Positions 21,007 to 32,132 of a stretch of 41,925 bases of DNA are shown here, in pieces. The notes under the pieces are model-generated. The model searched no databases and was not told the origin of the DNA. It saw nothing but the letters and a program-made list of their open reading frames with translations. Made by a program: the position numbers and the translations under genes. The DNA is taken from contig NC_068989.1 of NCBI RefSeq assembly GCF_001194135.2, positions 78,757,728-78,799,652 on the forward strand. The letters are read 5' to 3'. Each line of letters begins with the position of its first letter. Position 1 is the first letter of the stretch. Source of the stretch: Octopus bimaculoides (Eukaryota).

Positions 21007-21172
21007 CAACAATAATAATAACATCGAAAAATACCTTAGGAATGAGAACCCAGGTTCGAAATTTCCCCAAGACACCTGATGAAGGCTGGAGGGTATATCA
21101 GCCGAAACGTATTAACAACAAACAAGATGAGGACAAATATCTGTCAAATGTAAATAATGTAAATAATGTACA
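20881..21172 (+). mobile_element. HH-SINE copy 3
   Basis: TGGCATAGTGG / GTTCGATTC boxes, (AAT)n, hammerhead core at 21076-21107, ATGTAAATA tail. Confidence 0.82.
21072..21111 (+). ncRNA. Hammerhead motif with intact core and disrupted stem I
   Basis: ACAC-CTGATGA-A-GGCTG..CAGCC-GAAA-CGTA; the downstream GTGT is lost. Confidence 0.5.
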
Positions 21173-21903
21173 GTTAGAGATTTTACTTTTCGGCATGTGA
21201 ACCCAATTTATTCCATTCCTCTTTTGAACTAGTTGCAAACAATGATTATGGAATTATGATTTAATAGTAGGTAGAAATATCAAGGCTTGTTTGATTATGG
21301 TTACCCCTTCCCCTACTTTTCAATTAACTAATTCTTTCACTTTATTTATTTGAATATGTTTGTGTTTGTTATTTGTGTGTCTATGTCTGTAGAATTACTC
21401 GGTCAATGGTTATTCTTCGTTTTGCAAGTCTTCATTATTCCCAAAGAAATTGATTAAAAACAACATATAAAGAAAACAAAGGAAGCATTAGATGACAAGC
21501 GATGAAAGAAAGAGGAGAAGAGAGACGAAACGAAAAAGAGGGAGAGGGGAGAGATAGGAGGAGGGAGGGAGGGAGGGAGAGAGAGACTGGTGGTATATGT
21601 GTTAGGCGAACAGAAGCCATAATATAAAGTCAGGAGCACCAGCAAACCAACAATCATAACACAAGCCAGTGTTTTGACAACTGAAGAATCCTTAATAAAG
21701 ATGATAAAGAATGGAGAAAGCAATTTAAAGGCAATCATCAGAAGTAAAAACTTTAACCTTTTACCATTTAAACTGACCATAGCTGGACCAAATCTTCTAG
21801 CTGTTTTAAATGCAAAACTGGCCAGATCCAGCCTCTCACACCTACTCTACAATGTCATTCTAAAAACGAACAGTCACATCTTCAAAATATTGATACTATG
21901 ATA

Positions 21904-23195
21904 TTAGGTGGTCTGGAAAGTTCTGAGTGTTTTTTTTAATATGGAAAAAGGGATATAAATAATTGATCTTTCAATAAATCTTATTCAATGAAATAATTTC
22001 CATTATTGTTAATGACCTTTGTCCATCTATCAGGCAATTTAAATATTCCATCAGCATACAATTTGACTGGTTTTGAAGACAAAAAGTTACCTACATGCAT
22101 TTTGACCCAATCTAAATCGTTAAGTGTTTTTACTTGCAATGAGTTCTGTAAAGACAAAAACAAGTAGTAGTCGGATGGTGCAATATCAGAAGAATATGGT
22201 GGATAGGGTAAGAGATCCCAGCCAAGTTCATGTAACTTTGTTCGGATAGCCAAAGACACATGTGGTCGGGCATTTTCTTGTTGGAAAACTACTCCTTTCC
22301 TGTTGGTAATATCCAGCTTCAATTTGATTTTTTGTTTTAGATTAGCCAGCTGACGACAGTACATATCAGAATTAATGGACTGGTTTCATGGGAGAAGCTC
22401 ATAATAAACAATGCCTTTATGATCCCACCAAACACAAAGTGTAGCTTTTTTGGCATAAAAGTTTGTCTTTGGTTGCCGTTTTGGGGGATCCTTATGCTAA
22501 CTCCAAGAGCATTTTCTCACTACATTTTCATACACAATCCATTTTTCATCTCCAGCCACAAGTTGTTTCCAAAAAGGTATACTTTCATTCCATTTCAAAA
22601 GCATATCACAAACGGAATACAAGTCTAAGCAATTCTTTTCTGAGAATTTGTGGGGGACCCATATATTATAGCAAGAAATGTATCCTAGCTTCACTAGGTG
22701 TTCATAAGCCGTACTTTTAGAAACTTCCAACTCCTCTGCAAGTGCTCTAGTTATCTTAATTGAGTTTCCTTCGATTTTTGCCCTCAAAACATCTTCATCC
22801 AATTTTGAAGGTCTTCCACTGTGACTGTCATCTTCCAAGCTAAACTCTCCAGCTTTAGATTTTGCAAACCACCTTCGAACAGTTGATTCACATTCACCTA
22901 CACATCATCACCATAAACTTCACAAATGTTTACCCAAGTCTTTGCAGCATTTTCTTCTTTTTTTAAAAAAGAAAAAAATTTACAACACAAATATGAAATT
23001 TTTGGTTATCCATTTCAAATGTCAATAAAGAGTAAACGGAATGAAAAATAAATCTATATTTAGTCAAGAACAAAGAAGAGATGCACCACCACTTTAAGCA
23101 ACACCAAAGTTTTAACCGTGTTACATTTCAGGTGTGTTCAATGAAGCATTAAAATATTGAGCTTAAAAATGCTCAGAACTTTCCAGACAACCTAA
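21904..23195 (-). mobile_element. Full-length but decayed mariner (D,D34D-type) DNA transposon, 1292 bp
   Basis: TIRs TTAGGTGGTCTGGAAAGTTCTGAG / CTCAGAACTTTCCAGACAACCTAA flanked by TA. Transposase fragments contain WVPH, GDEKW, QENARPH and YSSDIAPSDY. Confidence 0.93.
21981..23013 (-). pseudogene. Mariner transposase pseudogene
   Basis: Starts MDNQKFHI at 23013 and is split over several frames by stops and frameshifts; the second catalytic Asp reads E (QENARPH). Confidence 0.88.
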
Positions 23196-24129
23196 TATAA
23201 TGCATGATAAATTTAAAAGAATGTGAATGAAGTATTATATTTTACAGCGTAATCAGGATGTTAAAGAGTTAAACCATGGAACAAAGGGGCAGTGGATCTA
23301 AATCTGTTTATATTTCAGCAGTTACTGCAGTCTAACTACTTTATAGGTTATAAACTCTAGGTTTTCTAAGTCTTTCAAACACACACATATAGAGACACAC
23401 AAGTATGTATGTATGTGTGTATGGTAGGGGTGCATGCATGAGTGTGAGAGAAGGGGTGAGTGGAGAATCATTAAGTGGACACTAACATCCTGAGCAGTTT
23501 TGAAAGCCACTATTTTTTCATAACTATCATTGTGGTTATAAGTACCAGTTTGTACACACATGCGCAAACATATACAAACAAAAACTTATACACATACATG
23601 CATACACACACACACAAAATTATACACACACATATATATATATACATACACACATATATACATACACACATATATATACATACACACACATACACACTTT
23701 AATGCATATAAATTAGGGACTCCCAAAAAAACCCAGGATACAGTTATATCCTCTACCTCATATCTAAAACATTATGTATATATATATATATATATTCTAT
23801 TAATGTGTGTTTAATATGTGTTTTTATGTGCGATTATACATAAACAAAGGACAAGCATTAACTGAAAGGGCACTCAATACATTTAAGTAGAGTACAAAAT
23901 TTTACAAAGAAATGGTTGACAGTGACTCTGAAGTCCTGATGGTGACTGGCCTTGTTAGATAGTTCAACAAAGTCAAACACTGTACTGACACTTGTGTGTG
24001 TTTGTGGGAGAGAGAGAAAGAGGGGGGATTGATAAAGGATAGATAAATGAGAGAAAGAGTGAATATCTGTTCAGGCTGGGTCACTTCAAGACAGAAAAAT
24101 ATTTGAGGTATAGCTAATTTACTAGCTGT

Positions 24130-24134
<5 letters not shown>

Positions 24135-24219
<85 letters not shown>
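24135..24219. repeat. (TG)n microsatellite
   Basis: Read directly from the sequence. Confidence 0.97.
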
Positions 24220-24222
<3 letters not shown>

Positions 24223-24764
24223 AATATTATACATCAACATAGATAGACAGACAGGTAGATAGGTAGATATTGTTTAATTTTTATATTATAATAAAATCAA
24301 TTTTACATTAAACTGAAGGATTACTCAATACATTTGGTAGAGTATAAATTTATTGCTACTTAACAAGAACAGTATAGACAGTGACTTCAAAGTTTCAGCC
24401 AGCTAAGCCCCGTACATCTATATAAGGAACAGCTTTTCTTTAATGCATGTTTCATGAAATAAACAACTATGTTCCAGTTTTATCTTAATTATGAAAAAAA
24501 TATGAAACCATTATTCTAGGCTAATTTATATAATAAAGAAATTTAGATGTAATAAAATGTTTTAAAAGAAATTTGAAGTCCCCACATGATAACTGTAAAC
24601 TTACTTTATACATAAACACGTACACATACACACATACTATATTTTGATATTTTGTTATATAGTTCTAACTATATCAGCATAGAGAAAAGACATGATGATG
24701 ATGATATAATAATAATAATAATTATTATTATTATTATTAGTATTATTATCATCATTACAATTAA

Positions 24765-24950
24765 GGCATTGAGCTGGCAGAATTTTTACTGTGCCATGTA
24801 AAATACTTAGCAGCATTCCATCCATCTTATATTTTCTGAGTTGAAATGCCACTGGGGTCGACTTTGCCTTTCAGCCCTTTCAGCCCTTTCAGGGCCGATG
24901 AAATATGTACCAGTCAAGCCCATTGCTGGCCTTGTGTCAAAATTTGAAAC
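24765..24950 (+). mobile_element. SINE family B
   Basis: GAGCTGGCAGAAT...TTCTGAGTTGAAAT...GGCCTTGTGTCAAAATTTGAAACC. Confidence 0.7.
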
Positions 24951-25056
24951 CATCATCATCAATATCATCATCATCATCATTATTATTATTATTATTATCA
25001 TAATATTAATCAGAATTTTTAAAACCAACAAATTTGCAAAGCGCCATATATTTTAC

Positions 25057-25158
25057 CTTTTTGACATCCCCACCAGAACCGAGTTGGTCGTTGTTTTTGT
25101 TATTGTTTTTATCGCTATCCAGCAATGGGATAAGGTTGCTTATCGTATACACAGCCAT
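25057..25158 (-). CDS. Candidate short first coding exon of the NKCC gene (MAVYTISNLIPLLDSDKNNNKNNDQLGSGGDVKK)
   Basis: ATG in ACTATGG context with an in-frame TAG three codons upstream; 34 codons end at AAG|GTAAAA in phase 0, compatible with the 19662 acceptor; unique non-repeat sequence; no homology support. Confidence 0.5.
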
Positions 25159-26145
25159 AGTAAACTAGATTCCCAACTGCCGCTTACCAAATGCAAAAAC
25201 AGTAATATGTCACCTTTCCACACTATTATTAGAATTTAGTTCAGAAGAGTACCACAGTGGTAGGTATGTTGTTTAGTTTGCTTATTATTCAGCTCTCACC
25301 TATAAATGTGCTGCCAAGAGATAGGATCGGGGGGNNNNNNNNNNNNNNNNNNNNNNNNNNNNNNNNNNNNNNNNNNNNNNNNNNNNNNNNNNNNNNNNNN
25401 NNNNNNNNNNNNNNNNNNNNNNNNNNNNNNNNNNNNNNNNNNNNNNNNNNNNNNNNNNNNNNNNNNNNNNNNNNNNNNNNNNNNNNNNNNNNNNNNNNNN
25501 NNNNNNNNNNNNNNNNNNNNNNNNNNNNNNNNNNNNNNNNNNNNNNNNNNNNNNNNNNNNNNNNNNNNNNNNNNNNNNNNNNNNNNNNNNNNNNNNNNNN
25601 NNNNNNNNNNNNNNNNNNNNNNNNNNNNNNNNNNNNNNNNNNNNNNNNNNNNNNNNNNNNNNNNNNNNNNNNNNNNNNNNNNNNNNNNNNNNNNNNNNNN
25701 NNNNNNNNNNNNNNNNNNNNNNNNNNNNNNNNNNNNNNNNNNNNNNNNNNNNNNNNNNNNNNNNNNNNNNNNNNNNNNNNNNNNNNNNNNNNNNNNNNNN
25801 NNNNNNNNNNNNNNNNNNNNNNNNNNNNNNNNNNNNNNNNNNNNNNNNNNNNNNNNNNNNNNNNNNNNNNNNNNNNNNNNNNNNNNNNNNNNNNNNNNNN
25901 NNNNNNNNNNNNNNNNNNNNNNNNNNNNNNNNNNNNNNNNNNNNNNNNNNNNNNNNNNNNNNNNNNNNNNNNNNNNNNNNNNNNNNNNNNNNNNNNNNNN
26001 NNNNNNNNNNNNNNNNNNNNNNNNNNNNNNNNNNNNNNNNNNNNNNNNNNNNNNNNTATATATATATATATATATATACATACATACATACATACACACA
26101 CACGCACGCATGCACGCACACACACATACATACACACACACAAAC

Positions 26146-26192
<47 letters not shown>

Positions 26193-26340
26193 GAATGACT
26201 TTTCTATTTAAACATGCCGTGCTGAAAACATGACTGCTCTAACTTAATCATTTTTATTTATTAAAGTTTAAAATTTCTTTATATCTGGTTATCCGAACAT
26301 TATAATTAGTTTAGAACAATAAAGTTCCTAGATTCATCTT

Positions 26341-26640
26341 TATCAACATTTCCAGGTTATCTCAGCCCCATCTTCAGGATATAGAGTATTACAGGCTCCT
26401 GTGCTGTCCTTTCTATATTCTATATTCTGACTATTTGTAGGTGGTTTGGTTACAATACTTATGGTGTTCTGTTTTTATGAGTATTTTTAGTAATGTATTC
26501 ATCCATTCTATAATAAAAATGCATTTGGTTACATATGCGTAAGGACTGTGTGCTTTTTCATGACTGTTCTATCTGCATTTATACCTGTGTGGGTGAATTT
26601 GCTCTTGTATTGTTGCACAGCTTGGTCTAGAAATATGTAA
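26341..26640 (-). mobile_element. Possible Penelope-like 3' remnant ending in a degenerate hammerhead motif (26341-26381)
   Basis: Minus strand reads TATC-CTGAAGA-T-GGGGCTGAGATAACCTG-GAAA-TGTT-GATA, with stem I TATC/GATA; the upstream ORF is too decayed to confirm. Confidence 0.4.
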
Positions 26641-27465
26641 AAATATCTGTTATCAACTCATATTTATTTAAATTTTATGATTTCCTTATTACAACAAGAA
26701 AGAAATACAAAACAAAACTAGATAGAATAAAAAAGCCTTAGTTGATAACACTATCATCCTATACTAATTCCACAAAAAAAAATATATATATATCTTGATT
26801 AACTATGGAAATCTTATTATTGGTAAAATACAAACTAAAACTCAGTAGGTGTGTATAGCACTGATGGAATAAATTATGAAAGTGATTTAGAGTTCAGAGA
26901 TAAATGTGACTAGGATCTTATTAGTTACATCATTCTCACCATGTTCTCACCATGTTTTACTACCTACAAAACAAATTGTGGCAATAACACCACTATCACT
27001 GCTTTGTTTCGCATATGAGACTGAGAAAGTCTAAAACAGTTAATGGACTGACGTAACAGCATTGTCTTAATCAAAATATAAAGGACGAATAAGGAATTAT
27101 CAGAAATCACTGCGTGTGGAGGGGAGGATGTATGTCATTACGAAATGGTTTGTTGAGTTACATCCCTTTATATAAAAAAATCTTAATGCCTTAATAAATA
27201 AAAATAAATTTAAAGAACAAGAAAACTGCTACAAAACTTTACAAGGTAGTGCTGTAGCATAGCCATAGCACAATGATAAAAGCCAGTTAAAATAGAAATA
27301 AATAAAACCATAGTAAAATAGCAACTCAAGAAATGGATTATGAAGCGAAAATTAACTCTATTGAAAACTTGGGTTTTTTTTTTGTTTCCCCTCTTTTAAT
27401 GATGGCAGATCATTTTCAATTTATATCTAAAATAGAAACCAAGAATATGAGAAAAGAAATAACTC

Positions 27466-27661
27466 ATCATCATCATCATCATCGTTTAACGTCCGCTTTC
27501 CATGCTAGCATGGGTTGGACGATTTGACTGAGGACTGGTGAAACCGGATGGCAACACCAGGCTCCAGTCTGATTTGGCAGAGTTTCTACAGCTGGATGCC
27601 CTTCCTAACGCCAACCACTCAGAGAGTGTAGTGGGTGCTTTTACGTGTCACCCGCACGAAA
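27466..27661 (-). mobile_element. Family D, 5'-truncated copy
   Basis: Near-identical to 32414-32612. Confidence 0.8.
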
Positions 27662-27932
27662 TAACTATCGAAAGAAAACTAAGATAATACTGCAAAGTAA
27701 AAAGGCGAATGTCATATTTTCTTTACATTATTATCATGCGATAGTAAATGAATTTTATTGTCATTCAAGCAGTGTCCCTTGTTNNNNNNNNNNNNNNNNN
27801 NNACTTCCTGTGAAAACATGTTGTGTTCATCGAGAAATATTCTTTTCTCCTCTCGGCACAAAGCCTAAAATTTTTAGGGAGGGGGCCGGTCGATTAGATC
27901 GAGCCCAGTACTCAACTGGTACTTAATTTATA

Positions 27933-28100
27933 TACGACAGGCTTCTTTCAGTTTCCGTCTACCAAATCCACTCACAAGGCTTTGGTCGGCCCGCGGCTAT
28001 AGTAGAAGACACTTGCCCAAGGAGGTGCCAAGCAGTGGGACTGAACCCGGAACCATGTGGTTGGTAAGCAAGCTACTTACCACACAGCCACTCCTGTGCC
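27933..28100 (-). mobile_element. SINE family A, 5' half
   Basis: Same head sequence as the other copies. Confidence 0.78.
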
Positions 28101-28817
28101 ATCCTTTGAATTTAAAAAAAAAAAAAACCTGGTTGTGACAGTTATATGTATGTGTGTGTTTGTACATAAATATATAAATATATACATATGCACACTCACA
28201 CACACAGACAGACAGACACACACACACACACACACACTCACACGCACACACGCACACACACACACACACACACACTAGTCTCATTGAATTTCTAATGCTG
28301 AATTCTCTCTTTACCTCTCTACAGCCTGTACAATATCATAGTGGGCTCTCTCGTAATAAAGCCTGCTAGCTACGCCCAACCCTCCACTTGAAAATTATGC
28401 TTTGCACTCGCTTTCCTACTTCTCACTACTCACTTTTGTTTTTTTCTAAATTCCACATCAGATATTAAATACAGTTCTCCATCCTCAGGAAGTTTCTTGT
28501 CTCCCAGCTGTTCTTGCAATACACAATACTGAACGGTGCCAAGCACCATGCCAACTACATCAATTTCTCTCGTAACTTCCAACACACCTGATTTATCAAT
28601 GTGCCAAAAGATTAGTCGACACACTAATTGGGGTACAAATAGACACATCAGGTGATGGACTTTATATATATATATATGCATGTATGTAAGTATGTATGCA
28701 TATATAGTTTTATATGTTTAAGTAATTGCTTTGTTGCAGGGTTCCAAATGTGAAATCAGGGGTTAAAACAGATATTGTTACACTTCGGGATGGTCCTTAT
28801 TTTTTTCTTGCCAAATA

Positions 28818-29205
28818 GGCACAGGAGTGGCTGTGTGTTAAGTAGCTTGCTTACCAACCACATGATTCCGGGTTCAGTCCCACTGTGTCGCACCTTGGGC
28901 AAGTGTCTTCTACTATAGCCTCAGGCCGACCAAAGCCTTGTGAGTGGATTTGGTAGACAGAAAATGACAGAAGCCCATCGCGCGCGTGTGTGTGTGTGTG
29001 TGTGTCTGTCTTTATCCCCACACCATCGCTTGACAACCAATGCTGGGGGTTTACGTCCCCGTAACCTGGCGGTTCAGCAAAAGAGACCAATAGAATAAGT
29101 ACTCGATTTACAAAGATTAAGTTCAGGGGTTAATTTGTTCAACTAAAGGCGGTGCTCCAGCATGGCCACAGTCAAATGACTGAAACGAATAAAATAAAAG
29201 AATAA
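28818..29205 (+). mobile_element. SINE family A, full length
   Basis: GGCACAGGAGTGGCTGTGTG...GGGTTCAGTCCC...CAGCATGGCCACAGTCAAATGACTGAAAC. Confidence 0.82.
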
Positions 29206-29530
29206 ATAAACACACGCATTATATATTTGTTCTTCACACATTTATTATTATTCTGGAAATCTTCTGTCGCACCTCCTGTGACCTCTTCAGCGACTCTCTA
29301 TCCCATGTGTCTCTTCCTGCTGAGTGGTTCATTCTGTCTTTCTAGACTAAACAGAACAGGAGGAGGAGACATATGGGATGAAGAGTCACTGAAAAGGGTC
29401 ACAGGTGTAGGTTGCCACATAATGGACATAGAATAAGAACAATAACAAACAAGTGAAAAACAAATATATAGTGCATGTGTTTATTTGGCAAGAAAGAAAA
29501 ATGACCATCCCAAGGTATAACAATATTGCT

Positions 29531-29708
29531 ATGTATGTATGTATGTATGTATGTATGTATGTGTGTATGTATGTGTGTATGTATGTATGTGTGTATGTAT
29601 GTATGTGTGTAGGTAGGTAGGTAGATATAGATATATACTCTCTTACTTCCACACTGAAACATTTAAACACACAAGACAAACACTGACACTACTCACTCCC
29701 TCCCCCTC

Positions 29709-29749
<41 letters not shown>

Positions 29750-29790
29750 CTGTCTCTCACTCTCTCTTTCTCTCTTACTTCCTCTCTGTC
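29531..29790. repeat. (TATG)n followed by (CT)n tracts
   Basis: Read directly from the sequence. Confidence 0.9.
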
Positions 29791-29859
29791 CTCCTCTCTC
29801 TCACTTTGCCTCTTCTTTGAAATGTGACACACACAACAGGTACGTACAAAAACAAAAAG

Positions 29860-30112
29860 CATTTTGTCTGGCATGCTAACAATTCTGCCAGCTTGTAACC
29901 TTAGTAAAAATCCTTTCTACTACAGGCACGAGGCCTGAAATTTGGGGGAGGGGATAGTCAATAACATCGACCCTAGTACTCAACTAGTTCTTAATTTATC
30001 GACCCCAAAAAGATGAACTCAGCGGAATTTGAACTCAGAATGTAGCGGCAGACAAAATACCGCGAAGCATTTTGCACAGCATGCTAATGATTCTGCCAGC
30101 TCACCGCCTTAA
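29860..30112 (-). mobile_element. SINE family B (one full copy plus an adjacent head fragment)
   Basis: Shared sequence. Confidence 0.75.
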
Positions 30113-31393
30113 TAATAGTNNNNNNNNNNNNNNNNNNNNNNNNNNNNNNNNNNNNNNNNNNNNNNNNNNNNNNNNNNNNNNNNNNNNNNNNNNNNNNNNN
30201 NNNNNNNNNNNNNNNNNNNNNNNNNNNNNNNNNNNNNNNNNNNNNNNNNNNNNNNNNNNNNNNNNNNNNNNNNNNNNNNNNNNNNNNNNNNNNNNNNNNN
30301 NNNNNNNNNNNNNNNNNNNNNNNNNNNNNNNNNNNNNNNNNNNNNNNNNNNNNNNNNNNNNNNNNNNNNNNNNNNNNNNNNNNNNNNNNNNNNNNNNNNN
30401 NNNNNNNNNNNNNNNNNNNNNNNNNNNNNNNNNNNNNNNNNNNNNNNNNNNNNNNNNNNNNNNNNNNNNNNNNNNNNNNNNNNNNNNNNNNNNNNNNNNN
30501 NNNNNNNNNNNNNNNNNNNNNNNNNNNNNNNNNNNNNNNNNNNNNNNNNNNNNNNNNNNNNNNNNNNNNNNNNNNNNNNNNNNNNNNNNNNNNNNNNNNN
30601 NNNNNNNNNNNNNNNNNNNNNNNNNNNNNNNNNNNNNNNNNNNNNNNNNNNNNNNNNNNNNNNNNNNNNNNNNNNNNNNNNNNNNNNNNNNNNNNNNNNN
30701 NNNNNNNNNNNNNNNNNNNNNNNNNNNNNNNNNNNNNNNNNNNNNNNNNNNNNNNNNNNNNNCATCAGGCCAACAATTCTGAAGGGAGGTATTTAGTTGC
30801 TACCACCAACTCCCTTTACTGGACAGGTATTTTATACTGTTAACCCCAGAAGGATGAAAGCAAAGTTGACCTCAGCAGGTCTGAACTCAGAACATAGCAA
30901 GCGAGACGAATTGGAAGTTACATGACTTGAACAGTGACAGGAAATGATAGAAACATCATGGGAAAGTGCATGTGCTGTTCATTTCACAATCGTATATCAT
31001 TCTATTTGCATTCAGACATTGTGAATTTGAGCAGCTTCTTTGAATTTATTATTGAATTCTATGTTGTATGCAGAGCACATATAACTGCATGTTAAAAATT
31101 GGAAGGAAAAGAAAACCAAAAAAAAGAAAAGGAAAAACAAAAAAAAAATGTTAGAAAAGTTTCCATCCCAAAGATATAAATTATCTTTAAAAACCAAAAA
31201 GGAAACGACTTGTTCTCTCTCTTTTTTTAAGAATGCAATTAAAGTAAGTTGGACAACTTATAAAAGACAAAAATGGACTGGTTACGACAGCAGCTGGTTC
31301 AGAAACATCATTCTCTCAAAGTGGTAGAAGTCTGTCTATGACAGTGTGTGTGTACATGTGTGTGAGTGTGTGTATGTATTAGTGTGGGTCCAT

Positions 31394-31446
<53 letters not shown>

Positions 31447-32009
31447 GCATCTATCATCTTTGAAATTCGTAGACACTATCACAGTACAGACGTGGACAAC
31501 ATATCACTGTCTCCAGACACAAGCCAAATCGATAGCAAACACAACACCCGGCCAATGGTTTGGCAATTTATATCATGTCACCATGCTGTAATCTGATTGT
31601 GGCAAAGAAAAGACTTGAATGTTAAAATACCTCAGCCCACCTAAGAAAATAAAATCAATACAATTAGAAGGTTACAGGTTACTTCTGTAAGCAGTGGCAG
31701 CCTTGAAACACTGATGAGTGCTTCAGTAGATTTTGGTTAAAATTCCTCTTGAAGAATGAGAATAAGCCAATGAGGGAGCTCTTACACCAGTAATTTCAAC
31801 CTTTTTCAGTCTGAAGCACGCCGAATATGGCACTAATAGTGTTATGGCATTTTATTATATAATTATATAAAACAAAGTGGGTATCTTTTATCTTTCTTTT
31901 ATTTTTTGTTTCAGTCATTAGACTGCGGCCATGCTGGGGCAGCCCGTTTCTTCTGCAGAATAGCTAAGTTATGGGAGATATCTCTGTTGTAAGTGAGTAT
32001 GAGTTGGGT

Positions 32010-32097
32010 TTAGCACCCACTATTATCATTATTATTATTATTATCATTATTATTATCATTATTATTATTATTATCATTATCATTATTATTATTATTA

Positions 32098-32131
<34 letters not shown>
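32010..32131. repeat. (ATT/ATC)n microsatellite
   Basis: Read directly from the sequence. Confidence 0.95.

Positions 32132-32132
<1 letters not shown>

Larger units (their letters stand above)
21757..23268. mobile_element. piggyBac-type TTAA MITE interrupted by the mariner (halves 21757-21903 and 23196-23268)
   Basis: TTAA at 21753 and 23269; the joined halves align by eye to the intact copy at 10856-11076. Confidence 0.65.

Noticed and set aside
25257-26211. ~300-aa ORFs
   Set aside because: They consist almost entirely of N gap; likewise 15411-15854, 30072-30782, 37884-38261 and 40323-40682
28621-28668. TATA box plus initiator (TATATAAA ... TTAGT) on the minus strand
   Set aside because: The TATA is part of a (TA)n tract and the ~41-nt spacing does not fit the canonical ~30
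31631-31640. Possible 10-nt microexon (TTCTTAG|GTGGGCTGAG|GTATTT) on the minus strand
   Set aside because: It is not a multiple of 3, has no homology, and such motifs arise by chance in AT-rich DNA
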